Assembly (NCBI GenBank): GCA_003251175.1
Contig: QKHC01000055.1
Coordinates: 1-43,747 of the forward strand
DNA: 43,747 nucleotides
Source of the DNA: Gemmatimonadota bacterium
GTDB taxonomy: Bacteria > Gemmatimonadota > Gemmatimonadetes > Gemmatimonadales > GWC2-71-9
Direction of reading: 5' to 3'
The notes under the pieces: model-generated
What the model was told of the DNA's origin: nothing
Databases searched by the model: none
What the model saw: only the letters and a program-made list of their open reading frames with translations
Made by a program: the position numbers and the translations under genes
Shown: positions 1 to 11,863 of the stretch, piece after piece
Position numbering within the stretch: the first letter of the stretch is position 1
Layout of the letters: each line of letters starts with the position of its first letter

Positions 1-1911
1 CAGCAGGAGATCGATCTCCCGCGCCACGTCGCGCGCGAGACCCAGGTCGGTGGTGAGCGTTTCCACCGTCGTCGACCCGGCGTGGAGCTTCAACAGGTTC
101 AACCGGATCGTCTCGAGAGCGGCGACAGCCTCCGTGAGGCGGTGCTGCACCCGCTCGCGCTCGCGCCGCAGATCGGCCAGCACGGCGTCGCGGCGCGCGC
201 CCACCTCGCTGGGCGGATCAGCTGCCTCACCAGCAGGCCCGAATCCGATCGCGTCATTGAGCTGCTCCAGCCGTGCGCGCATTCGCTGCGCATCGGTTTC
301 GAGTCGCCGCACGGTGGCGGGTAGCTCGTGGAGGCGCCTGCGGGTGTCGCGGGGCAGGTCTGCAAACAGCTTTTCTGCCGCCAGTCCGAGGGCGAGCTCG
401 GTGGCGCGGTGCGTGGTGAATGCGGCAACGGCTCGAGCCCGGAGGAAGGGGCGCGCCACCCGGAAGAGCAGCCGCCCCACGCGACCGGTCCACAGCCACG
501 ACCAGATGCGTGTGTCGAGATCGACCCGCCGGTTGAGCTGGTACATCCAGCCGATGCCGCCCACGCTCGCGGCGAATGACGAGAGCCCGAACAACGGTCC
601 CACCCACTCACCGATTGTCCGCCACCAGGATGGGACCACCGCCATGAGCAGCGCCGAGAAGGCCGCGCCGCCGAGCCCGGCAACTGTGACGAACCCCATG
701 ATGCGCTCGAGGAACGGTGCCGTGCGGCCGTACTCGAAGAGGCGCTCTTCGTGTCCCTCTTCGAGCTCGCGGCGGAAGGCCGGGCCGAGGTCCTGGTGGT
801 CGAAGCCCGAGGCCAGCATACGGCGCGCACGGGTGACCAGCACCACGAGCGGTACCACCGTGGTCCCCGTGACGAACGCGGCCAGCGCGGCCAGTCCCTC
901 CGCCCCGCGGGGTGCCAGCGCCGCCGCGGTGAACACGAGGGTCGGCAGGCCGAACGCCAGGTACAGGAGACTGCCGGGCCCCGACAGTCGCGCGCCCCGC
1001 TTGACGAAGACGCGCAGCGCGACGGGCAGCTCGCGGCGCTGCTCGAGGGCCACGCCGAGCCGCTCCGCGACGACACCGGCACTCTCGGGACGCTCGTCCG
1101 GCGGCTTGGCGAGACACTGCTCGATCACCTGGGCGAGCCGCCTCGGCACTCCCTCCGCCACCTCCGCCAGGGCGCGCGGCGACTCGGTCACCTGTTTCGC
1201 GAGCACCGCGGTCGCCGTCTCCCCCTCGATCGGCAGTCGCCCGGACAACGCGAAATAGCCGACGGCGCCGAGCGCGTAGAGATCGCTGCGACCGTCGAGC
1301 GGCTCGCCCAGAGCCTGCTCGGGACTCATGAACTCGGGCGTTCCGGTCACCGTGCCCCCGTCGAGCGTGCTGGCTTCGCGCACGACCGAGGCGATCCCGA
1401 AGTCGGTCACCAGCGCGCGCCCGGAGGCGGTCTCGATGAGAATGTTGTCGGGCTTCACATCGCGATGCACCACGCCCTGCGCATGCGCGTATCCGAGGGC
1501 CCACGCGACCTCACGCAGCAGCCGCGGAACCTGCGACGGGGGCAGTGGCCCGCGCGACCGAATCCGCTCGGTGAGCGTCTCTCCATCCACATACGCCATG
1601 GCGTAATAGACGAACGCGCCCGTTTCATCAACGGCGTAGATCGCCACGATGTGGGGATGCGACAGCTTTGCCGCGGTCCGCGCTTCGGTGAGAAACCGGT
1701 CACGCAGCGATTCGACCGCGGCGAGGTGCGGCGGCAGCACCTTGATGGCGACCAGCCGGTCGAGCCGCACCTCCCGCGCGAGGTAGACCACGCCCATCCC
1801 ACCGCGACCCAGCTCACGCTCGAGCGAATAGCGGCCCGCTACCGCTGCCTGGAAATCGAGAAACAGGCGATCGGGAGCGGAGAGACGGGGACCGCCACGG
1901 CCGGCGGTCAC
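1..1911 (-). CDS. Hanks-type Ser/Thr protein kinase with ~4 TM helices and C-terminal coiled coil (paralogue 1; 3' end runs off window)
   Basis: Not in the ORF track because there is no stop in the window. Manual translation from GTG 1911, which overlaps the upstream TGA as GTGA, gives MTAGRGGPRLSAPDRLFLDFQAAVAGRYSLERELGRGGMGVVYLA..AIKVL..HRDVKPDNILI..DFG..GTPEFMSPEQ..DLYALG, then hydrophobic segments and ..ALETIRLNLLKLHAG.. The frame appears open to base 1. Confidence 0.9.
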   Translation of the reverse strand, partial: MTAGRGGPRLSAPDRLFLDFQAAVAGRYSLERELGRGGMGVVYLAREVRLDRLVAIKVLPPHLAAVESLRDRFLTEARTAAKLSHPHIVAIYAVDETGAFVYYAMAYVDGETLTERIRSRGPLPPSQVPRLLREVAWALGYAHAQGVVHRDVKPDNILIETASGRALVTDFGIASVVREASTLDGGTVTGTPEFMSPEQALGEPLDGRSDLYALGAVGYFALSGRLPIEGETATAVLAKQVTESPRALAEVAEGVPRRLAQVIEQCLAKPPDERPESAGVVAERLGVALEQRRELPVALRVFVKRGARLSGPGSLLYLAFGLPTLVFTAAALAPRGAEGLAALAAFVTGTTVVPLVVLVTRARRMLASGFDHQDLGPAFRRELEEGHEERLFEYGRTAPFLERIMGFVTVAGLGGAAFSALLMAVVPSWWRTIGEWVGPLFGLSSFAASVGGIGWMYQLNRRVDLDTRIWSWLWTGRVGRLLFRVARPFLRARAVAAFTTHRATELALGLAAEKLFADLPRDTRRRLHELPATVRRLETDAQRMRARLEQLNDAIGFGPAGEAADPPSEVGARRDAVLADLRRERERVQHRLTEAVAALETIRLNLLKLHAGSTTVETLTTDLGLARDVAREIDLLL

Positions 1912-3896
1912 CGGTCCATCCCGTCGGCCCCACCGCCGCCTGGCGTGTCCCTGGCTTCCGGCAGCAGATCGTGCACTTCCCCCGCCGCAGCGAGCAACCG
2001 GTCGGCGGCTTCACTCAGGCTCCGCGCCGCCGAAAGGTCGGCGGTGATGCTCTCCACCGATCCGGCACCAACGCGCAGGCGCAGCAGATCGAGGCGTATG
2101 GTCTCCAGCGCAGCCACGGTCTCGACGAGCCGGCGCTGGGCACGCGTCTGCTCGGCGCGCAGATCATCCACCACCGCGGCGCGGCGCTCGGCGAGGCCCG
2201 GCGCGTCCCGCTGCCATGCCCGGCCGACCGCGTCCGCGTCCGCAGCCACCAGCGCTTCCGCGAGCGCGTCGCAGTGGCGGCGGGCGCGCTGAGCGTCGTC
2301 GCGCAGGCGGCGCACCACGTCCGGGAGGTCGGGCAGGGTGCGCCGGATCTCTCGTGGCAGGGCGTCGAACAGTGCTTCGGCCGCCAGCCCCACCACCAGC
2401 TCGGTGGGTCGGTCGTCGCGTTCGTCGGGTACGGCAGCGCGCGGCAGCCCGATTCCCGCCAGCCGGAACAGCCAACGCCCGAGACGCGAGTCCCAGAATC
2501 GCTGGCGGGCCCCGCCGAAGACGCTGGCGCGCCACGCCGGGCCGGCCCCGAGCAGTGAGATCGCCGCGGTGACGCCCGCCACCGCCCCCATCATCTCCGG
2601 GAAGACCCAGTCGAACTCGAGGAGCGCGGATATGGCAAACCCCGCGAACACCGTCGTCGCGGCGAGCCACACCCGGTGAATGAGGTTCTGGTGCGGCCCC
2701 GGGGCACGGCCCGTCACAGCCGTTTGATCCTCCCGCAGTCGGGCGGCGTCCGCGGCGAGGGCGCGGACCAGTTCCTCATGCTCGTGGCCGGCCCGCACCA
2801 CACGCCGCAAGCGGTGGAGCCCTATCCCCACCGGGCCGAGCAGCGCGCCACCCAATGCCCCCAGCCGCACCAGGTCGAGCAGGCGCTCCACCCACGGCGG
2901 ACCCGATAACGGAATCGGGGTCAGCGTGAGGGACAGCACGAGCCAGATCGCCATGCCGCCCAGCAGCAGCGATGGAAACAGCCGGTGGCCCGAGATGCTG
3001 TCCGCTTCGGCGAGGTACATGCGCAGCGCGCTTGGCAATTCGCGCCGACGATCCATGGCGATCGACAGGGCCTCAGCGACGACGGCGCCGTCGGCATACC
3101 GGTCCCCGGCCTCCTTGGCGAGACAGCGGCCCACGACGCCCGCCAGCGCCCGCGGGACGCCGGGCGCCACCGTCGGGAGCGGCGGCGGTGCCTGGGTGAG
3201 GTGCTGAGACATCCGCGCCACCGCCGTCGGGCCCGTGAATGGCAGCCGGCCCGACAGCGCGTAGAACGCCACGACGCCGAGGGAGTACACGTCGCTGCGG
3301 ATGTCCACCCGCTCGCCGCTGGCCTGCTCGGGACTCATGAAATCGGGCGTCCCGAGCGCTTCGCCAACACCCGTCGGACCGCTGGCTTCAACCTGGCGAG
3401 CGATGCCGAAGTCCGTCACCAACGCCCGGCCCGACCCGCCCTCGAGCAGAATGTTCTCCGGCTTCACGTCCCGATGCACCACCCCCTGGGCATGCGCATG
3501 CGCCAGAGCCCACGCGACTTCCCGCAGAATCCTGGTCGCCTCAGCGGGCGGCAGGGCTCCGCGCGAGGCGATGCGGTGCGCGAGCGTCTCGCCACGCACA
3601 TACGCCATGACATAGAAGACGAACCGGGCGACGTTGTCCACGGCGTGGATCGGCACGATGTGGGGATGCACCAGCTTCGCCGCGGTGCGGGCTTCGCGCA
3701 GGAACCGGTCCCGCAGGGGTTCGTGCGCCGCCAGCTCGGGGGGCAGCAGCTTGATCGCCACCGGCCGGTCGAGCCGGACTTCGCGCGCGAGGTAGACGAT
3801 CCCCATGCCGCCCCGCCCCAGCTCGCGCTCCAGCGAGTAGCGGCCGGCGAGGGCCGCCTGGAAATCGAGGAACAGGCGGTCGGTCGGGGGCGTCAT
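1908..3896 (-). CDS. Hanks-type Ser/Thr protein kinase with ~4 TM helices and C-terminal coiled coil (paralogue 2)
   Basis: LGRGGMG, VAIK, HRDVKPEN, DFG, GTPDFMSPEQ, DVYSLG motifs. ATG 3896 (MTPPTDRLFLDF) chosen by alignment with paralogue 1; the ORF-track extension to 3995 overlaps the RND gene. Confidence 0.92.
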   Translation of the reverse strand: MTPPTDRLFLDFQAALAGRYSLERELGRGGMGIVYLAREVRLDRPVAIKLLPPELAAHEPLRDRFLREARTAAKLVHPHIVPIHAVDNVARFVFYVMAYVRGETLAHRIASRGALPPAEATRILREVAWALAHAHAQGVVHRDVKPENILLEGGSGRALVTDFGIARQVEASGPTGVGEALGTPDFMSPEQASGERVDIRSDVYSLGVVAFYALSGRLPFTGPTAVARMSQHLTQAPPPLPTVAPGVPRALAGVVGRCLAKEAGDRYADGAVVAEALSIAMDRRRELPSALRMYLAEADSISGHRLFPSLLLGGMAIWLVLSLTLTPIPLSGPPWVERLLDLVRLGALGGALLGPVGIGLHRLRRVVRAGHEHEELVRALAADAARLREDQTAVTGRAPGPHQNLIHRVWLAATTVFAGFAISALLEFDWVFPEMMGAVAGVTAAISLLGAGPAWRASVFGGARQRFWDSRLGRWLFRLAGIGLPRAAVPDERDDRPTELVVGLAAEALFDALPREIRRTLPDLPDVVRRLRDDAQRARRHCDALAEALVAADADAVGRAWQRDAPGLAERRAAVVDDLRAEQTRAQRRLVETVAALETIRLDLLRLRVGAGSVESITADLSAARSLSEAADRLLAAAGEVHDLLPEARDTPGGGGADGMDR

Positions 3897-3943
3897 GTAC
3901 CGGGAAGATGGCCCGCGGTCCCGCGCTCGGCCACCACAGCGAC

Positions 3944-6900
3944 TCAGTCGCCCGGTGCTGCGGCTCGCTGCGGCACCGGGATGCCCAGCAGCCACCCGCG
4001 CAACCGCGACGCCACGCCATCGACCACCAGGTAGCTGCAGGGAATCACGAACAGCGTGAGCAGCGCGGCCACGGACAGGCCGCCCACCACCGTCACCGCC
4101 AGCGGCCGCATCAGTTCGGCGCCTTCCCCGATTCCGATTGCCAGCGGCAGCATGCCCAGTACGGTGGTCAGCGTCGTCATGAGAATCGGACGGAGGCGCA
4201 CTACGCCCGCCTCGACCACCGCCTCCATGGTGGGGCGCCCTCGGGCGCGCTCCAGCTCCACGTACTCCACCAGCAGGATCGCGTTGTTGACGACGATCCC
4301 CGCCAGCAGGATGATACCGAGGAGGACCGGCGCGCTCGCGGGGATCCCCGTCACCAGCAGCGCGAGACCGACGCCGATCAGCGCCAGCGGAACCGAGACC
4401 AGGATGACGAGCGGGTTGGCCAGGCTCTCGTACTGCACCGCCATCACCACGAAGACGAGGAAGACGGCGAGCAGGACCACGACACGCAGGTTCCGCGAGT
4501 TTTCGCGGATCGCTTCTTCCTCTCCACCGTAGATCAGGCCGTAGCCCGCGGGCAGCGTGAAGTCGGCGAGTCGAGCCCGCGCTTCGCGAGCGGCCTCACC
4601 GACCGTCGTGACGTCGGTGTTGACGTCACCCGTGACGCGGAGCTGGCGATTCTGCTGCGCACGCAGAATCGAGCTGGGTCCCAGGCCGAGGGTCACATCG
4701 GCGACATCGCGCAGGTACACCGGGCGCTCGCGGCCAGCGAACAGGGCCACGGCACCCACGTCCTCGGGACTGGTGAAGCGCTCGCGGGGCAGGCGCACGC
4801 GGATGTCGTACTCGTTGGGCCCGTCGGTGAACCGCGTCGGAATCGCACCATCGAGCGCGGTCCGCACCGTCAGCCCCACCGCAGCCGCGGACAATCCGAG
4901 ATCCGCCGCGCGCTGGCGATCCACCTTGATCTTGAGCTGCGGACTGGCCTCCTCGGTCGACGGCTGCAACGAGGTGAGCCCCGGAATCCGCTCGAGCCGT
5001 CGCAACACCTCGCCGCCGAGCGCCTCCAGCGTGTCGAGGTTATCGCCCTGCACGCTCACAGCAACGTCCGACCCCGTCACGTTGGTCCGCAACCCCCGGA
5101 TGCGGGGCGGCCGCACGGTGATCCGGGCTCCGGGAATCGCGAGTGAGTCGATCATCGCCTGCATCAGAGTCACCCACCGCGCCGCCGGCATGTCGGCCCG
5201 CTCGGCGAGGGGGGCGAGCTGCACGTCGATCGAGCCACGTCCCGCGCGCTCCGAAGTACCGCTCCCGAAGAAGAACCCGCCGGCGGTGACGAACACGTGC
5301 CGGACCGCCGGCATCCGGCGCACCGCATCCTCGAGCCAGCCGGCCACTTCATTGGTCCGCTGGGGCGACGTGCCGGGCGCCAGCGTGAACCGGACCGACA
5401 CCTGTCCATCATCGACGGGCGGGAGGAACTGGCTCCCGATGCCGCGGGTGGCCAAGCCGACGGCGACCAGCGCCGCGAACGCCACCGCCAGCACCGTCGC
5501 CGGGCGGCGCACCAGCCGGCCCGCCAGCCCCCGATATCCCTGCCGCGCTCGTTCCAGCAGGGCGGCGAACGCCCGGATCGGACGCGTCGTGTCGAGCCCG
5601 CTGGAGCGGCGAACCTTCGCCAGTTGGGCCGACAAAGTGGGCACCAGCGTGAGGGCGACCGCCAGCGAAGCGACGATCGCGAACGAGATGGTGAGGATGA
5701 GCTCCCGGAAGATCAACGCCGCGAGTCCGGAAATCAGCAGGAAGGGCACGACGGCGGCCAGATTGGTCAGGGTGGACGCCACCACCGCTGACGTCACCTC
5801 GGCCGCCCCCTCGTGCGCCGCCTCGGTGGCGTCCCGCGTCGCGCTCCGGTGACGGAAGATGTTCTCCAGCATCACAATGGCGTTGTCCACCAACATCCCA
5901 ACGCCCAGCGCCAGCCCGCCCAGGGTCATGATGTTCAGGGTGAGGCCGCTGCGCCCCATCATCACGAAGGTGGCGAGCACCGCCAGCGGAATCGCCAGCC
6001 CGACGATAAACGTTTTGCGAAGGCTCCCGAGAAACAGCAGGACCACCAACATCGCGAGCGTCCCGCCGAGTGCGGCGGCGTCGCGGACCGCCCGCACCGC
6101 GTTGCGGACGAAGTACGACTGATCCGACAGTACCTCGAACCCGACGTCGGCCGGGATGAAATGCGACTCGCGGAGCTGCTCGATCCGTCTGCGAACCTCG
6201 GACGCCACGACGACGGTATTGGCGTCCGGCTGCTTGCGAATGGACAGCCGGACCGCCGGGACCCCATCCATCCGAGCCCAGATGCGCTGCTCGCGGCTGG
6301 TGTCGGAGACCGTGGCCACGTCCGACAGGGGGACCCGCTGTCCGGAGCCTCGCGCGTCGAGCAGCACGCCCCGGATGTCCTCCACACTGCGGAACCGGCC
6401 CTCCGTCTTGCCACCGATCTCATAGGCACGGGAGGTGACGTTCCCCACGGCGACGTCCTGGTTTTCGTCCCGCAGCGCGTCAAGCACTTGCGACACCGTG
6501 AGCCCGTAGGAGCGCAGGCGCTCCTGATCGAGCGTCACGCGGATCTCGCGCACCAAGCCGCCGGCGACATCGACCGATGCAACACCCTCGATGGTCAGCA
6601 GCTGGGGTCGCAGGCGCAGGTCCACCCAGTCCCGGAGATTCACCAGACTGCGCGATGCGGAGCTGAACGCCCCCTCGAACACGGGGATTTGCGACGGGTC
6701 GAACTTGAAGATCGTCGGGGGCTCGGCATCGCGGGGGAGCCGCGCGCGCGCGCGGTCGAGGTTCTTCGATGCATCCTGCAGGGCGAAGTTGACGTCGGTC
6801 CCGTATCGGAAATGAAGATCGACGCTGGCGCGTCCCTCAGCGGTTTCGGACTCGATGCGGACCAGGTTTTCGGTCGTCGCCAGGGCCGTCTCGAGCACCC

Positions 6901-7111
6901 GCGTGACCTGTTCCTCCATGATCTCCGGCGCGACTCCGGGATAGTTGACGCTGGCACGCACCTGGGGATAGATGATCTGTGGCAGCAGATCGAGGGGAAG
7001 CCGGTCGAGATGCACCAGACCGAGCACCACCACAACCGACGCGAGTGCCAGGGTCCCGACCGGCCGCCGGATCGACAGACTCGGGAGGTTGCGCCGCGCG
7101 GGAGTCGTCAC
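3944..7111 (-). CDS. RND efflux transporter permease (AcrB/AcrD/AcrF family)
   Basis: 1055 aa; N-terminal SIRRPV, YPGVAPEIME, TM4 GMLVDNAIVMLENI, RLRPILMTTLTT, PLAVTVVGG. Confidence 0.95.
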   Translation of the reverse strand: MTTPARRNLPSLSIRRPVGTLALASVVVVLGLVHLDRLPLDLLPQIIYPQVRASVNYPGVAPEIMEEQVTRVLETALATTENLVRIESETAEGRASVDLHFRYGTDVNFALQDASKNLDRARARLPRDAEPPTIFKFDPSQIPVFEGAFSSASRSLVNLRDWVDLRLRPQLLTIEGVASVDVAGGLVREIRVTLDQERLRSYGLTVSQVLDALRDENQDVAVGNVTSRAYEIGGKTEGRFRSVEDIRGVLLDARGSGQRVPLSDVATVSDTSREQRIWARMDGVPAVRLSIRKQPDANTVVVASEVRRRIEQLRESHFIPADVGFEVLSDQSYFVRNAVRAVRDAAALGGTLAMLVVLLFLGSLRKTFIVGLAIPLAVLATFVMMGRSGLTLNIMTLGGLALGVGMLVDNAIVMLENIFRHRSATRDATEAAHEGAAEVTSAVVASTLTNLAAVVPFLLISGLAALIFRELILTISFAIVASLAVALTLVPTLSAQLAKVRRSSGLDTTRPIRAFAALLERARQGYRGLAGRLVRRPATVLAVAFAALVAVGLATRGIGSQFLPPVDDGQVSVRFTLAPGTSPQRTNEVAGWLEDAVRRMPAVRHVFVTAGGFFFGSGTSERAGRGSIDVQLAPLAERADMPAARWVTLMQAMIDSLAIPGARITVRPPRIRGLRTNVTGSDVAVSVQGDNLDTLEALGGEVLRRLERIPGLTSLQPSTEEASPQLKIKVDRQRAADLGLSAAAVGLTVRTALDGAIPTRFTDGPNEYDIRVRLPRERFTSPEDVGAVALFAGRERPVYLRDVADVTLGLGPSSILRAQQNRQLRVTGDVNTDVTTVGEAAREARARLADFTLPAGYGLIYGGEEEAIRENSRNLRVVVLLAVFLVFVVMAVQYESLANPLVILVSVPLALIGVGLALLVTGIPASAPVLLGIILLAGIVVNNAILLVEYVELERARGRPTMEAVVEAGVVRLRPILMTTLTTVLGMLPLAIGIGEGAELMRPLAVTVVGGLSVAALLTLFVIPCSYLVVDGVASRLRGWLLGIPVPQRAAAPGD

Positions 7112-8211
7112 GTCCCCGGCGGCACGGTTTCGAGGGGTGCGGTCCGTACCACAACCCGCGCTCCGGACCGCAGATTGGCGTGGCCCGACACGACGACCTG
7201 ATCACCTTCCCGCAGACCCCCGAGGGCCTCCACCCAGCCTTCCGCCGTGACGCCCACCACGACCGGCCGCACCGCCAGCGTGTCGGCCTCCACCACGTAA
7301 ACAAAGGTACCGGCGGTCGCGACCCCAACGGCCGCCGCGGGAATGGCGAGCACATCGGCGCGGCGCTCGAGCGCGAACTCCACGCGAGCCAGGAAGCCGG
7401 GCCGCACGAACACCCCCGCAGGCCGCGGGCCGAGCGCGACCTCCACCGGTACCAGCCGGCTCTGCGGGTCGGCGCTCGGGAACACGCGACGAACCTGTCC
7501 GGCAAGCGACACGGCGGGATAGGCATCGAGTCGCACGGCAACGGCCGCGCCGGGGGCGACGTGCACCACATCCATCTCTGAAAGGCGGACACGCACCACC
7601 AACAGGGAAACGTCGGCCAGATCAATCACACGCTGGTTCGGCGACACCGCGCTCCCTGCTTCGACCAGCTTGGCCGTCACGACGCCCGCGCTCGGTGCCA
7701 CGATGCGCGTGAACGCCCGACGGGCTTGCCACAGCGCCACGTCGCTCTTCGCAACCTCGAACGCAGCCCGGCTGCGCTCGAACTCGGCATCCGTGATGAT
7801 GGTCCCCACATGCAGCGCCGAATCGCGGGTGAACGCGGCCGCCGCGCTCTCCAGCACCGCCCGGGCCCGCGCCAGCTGGGCTGCGGTCTCGCGCCCGTCC
7901 AGCTCGGCGAGGAGCTGGCCGGCCTTCACCCGATCACCCTCCTGGACGGCGATCGTGAGCACGGTGCCCGAGGTTTGTGCGTTGACGCCGACCGTACGGA
8001 CGGGCTCCACGGCACCCGCCACGACCACCGAGCGCGACAGGTCGCGCCGGGCCACGGCCTGCGCGGCCACCGGGATTGTGGAGACGCCGCTGGCCCCCGC
8101 CGACTCCTGCGAGCGCGATGCCTCCCCCGTGCCGCAGGCCGCCGCGAGCAGGACGAATCCGAGCCAACGGTGCGGCGAAGTGGCGTGTCGCAGCAGATCC
8201 TCCAGATCCAT
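7108..8211 (-). CDS. RND periplasmic adaptor (membrane fusion protein), lipoprotein
   Basis: VQEGDRVKAGQLLAELD, IVAPSAGVVT, RPGFLARV and GLREGDQVVVSG motifs; lipobox LAAAC; GTGA overlap with the RND gene. Start uncertain (ATG 8211 or CTG 8193). Confidence 0.9.
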   Translation of the reverse strand: MDLEDLLRHATSPHRWLGFVLLAAACGTGEASRSQESAGASGVSTIPVAAQAVARRDLSRSVVVAGAVEPVRTVGVNAQTSGTVLTIAVQEGDRVKAGQLLAELDGRETAAQLARARAVLESAAAAFTRDSALHVGTIITDAEFERSRAAFEVAKSDVALWQARRAFTRIVAPSAGVVTAKLVEAGSAVSPNQRVIDLADVSLLVVRVRLSEMDVVHVAPGAAVAVRLDAYPAVSLAGQVRRVFPSADPQSRLVPVEVALGPRPAGVFVRPGFLARVEFALERRADVLAIPAAAVGVATAGTFVYVVEADTLAVRPVVVGVTAEGWVEALGGLREGDQVVVSGHANLRSGARVVVRTAPLETVPPGT

Positions 8212-8436
8212 CTCGTCCAGTGATACGCGTGCCGGGCACCCGCCGTTGGCCGCTGCGGGGCGGCCGCACCGCCGCGAGACCAGCAATGCTAGGGGCCCGC
8301 AGCGCCCGCCGGTAGGGTAACCGACCGCCCCCTATCCCCCTCCACACGAAGGGAGTACACTTTCCCCCCGTTTTTGACCGCCCGTTGAGCCACGCGGGTC
8401 AGGTTTGCTGGCTGACCATCGACCGCGAACACACGC

Positions 8437-9507
8437 ATGGGTACGACATCGCTCGATTTCCTGCAACGCCTACTCGACACCCCCGGCCCGTCCGGCTTCG
8501 AGACCGCCCCGGCGCGGATCTGGCGCGAAGAGATGGAACGGGTAGCGGACGACGTCCACACGGATACGCGCGGCAACACCGCAGCGGCGGTGAATCCCGC
8601 GGGGGCCCCGCGCCTCATGTGCGTAGGGCACATCGACGAGATCGGACTCCAGATCACTCACATCGACGACGACGGATTCCTGTACTTCGCCGGCATCGGC
8701 GGGTGGGACTCCCAGGTGCTGGTGGGCCAGCGCGTGATCGTCGCGGCCCGTGGCGGACCGGTGCCGGGGGTGATCGGCAAGAAGGCCATTCATCTCATCA
8801 AGAAGGACGAGCGGGACAAGATCTCGAAGATCGAGGACCTGTGGATCGACATCGGGGCCACCAGCCGAGCGGAGGCGAGCACCCGAGTGCGTGTGGGTGA
8901 CGCGGCAGTGCTCGACGCCCGAGTGGCGACATTTCCGAATGGCCGCATCGTGTCCCGCAGTATCGACAACCGGATCGGGGCCTTTGTCGTCGCCGAGGCG
9001 CTGCGGTTACTCGCGGCTGATCGCCCGGCGCATGCGGCGGTGATCGCCGTGGCGAGCACCCAGGAAGAAATTGCATGGACCGGTGGCGGAGCGCGGACCA
9101 GCGCGGTGGGACTTGATCCGCAGGTTGCGCTCGTCGTCGACGTCACGCACGCCACGGACCATCCAGGCTCCGAGAAGAAGCTGCACGGCGATCACCGCCT
9201 GGGTGGCGGCCCCGTGTTCTCACGTGGTTCGGCGGTGCATCCGCTGGTCTTCGATCTGCTGGTGGAATGCGCCGAGGCCGAGCGCATGCCGTACACGGTG
9301 CAGGCGGCGCCGCATGACACTGGCACCGACGCGGACGCCGTCGCCAGCGCGTTGCGCGGGATCCCCACTGGCCTCATTTCCATCCCCAACCGCTACATGC
9401 ACAGCCCCAACGAGATGGTGGTGCTGGAAGATCTCGAGCGGGCGTCGCGCCTGATCGCCGCGTTTGCGCGAAGGCTCACGCCCCGGATGGACTTCGTACC
9501 GCGATAG
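8437..9507 (+). CDS. M42 family metallo-aminopeptidase (TET/FrvX-like)
   Basis: PGPSGFE, GHIDEIG, GIGGWD, DLWIDIGA, SIDNRIG, TQEE, GTDADA and RYMHSPNE motifs. Confidence 0.92.
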   Translation: MGTTSLDFLQRLLDTPGPSGFETAPARIWREEMERVADDVHTDTRGNTAAAVNPAGAPRLMCVGHIDEIGLQITHIDDDGFLYFAGIGGWDSQVLVGQRVIVAARGGPVPGVIGKKAIHLIKKDERDKISKIEDLWIDIGATSRAEASTRVRVGDAAVLDARVATFPNGRIVSRSIDNRIGAFVVAEALRLLAADRPAHAAVIAVASTQEEIAWTGGGARTSAVGLDPQVALVVDVTHATDHPGSEKKLHGDHRLGGGPVFSRGSAVHPLVFDLLVECAEAERMPYTVQAAPHDTGTDADAVASALRGIPTGLISIPNRYMHSPNEMVVLEDLERASRLIAAFARRLTPRMDFVPR

Positions 9508-9536
9508 GTCGGATTGGCGGGGAACAACCCCGGGCC

Positions 9537-11732
<2,196 letters not shown>

Positions 11733-11863
11733 GAGCATCACCAATGTAGGGCCCGGCCCGGAGCACGCAACACTCTGCCGCTCTTGGGGCTATGGCGCCG
11801 CCCGGCACGGCGGGAGTCCGCGACAACTACCGTGGCAGTCCCGGCGCACATAGATATGTAGCC

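Noticed and set aside
1-3896. Kinase pair as a defence kinase system (Pgl/BREX/Stk2)
   Set aside because: No associated methyltransferase, ATPase or PglZ genes; the membrane architecture fits signalling better.
50-7201. Long plus-strand ORFs (50-1258, 751-2292, 2985-4034, 3908-5146, 4557-5852, 5813-7201)
   Set aside because: Antisense shadows of the kinase and RND genes, expected in high-GC DNA; no motifs.
9518-9532. Small hairpin CGGGG-AACAA-CCCCG between convergent M42 and HEAT genes
   Set aside because: Only a 5-bp stem with no U-tract on either strand; too weak to call a terminator.
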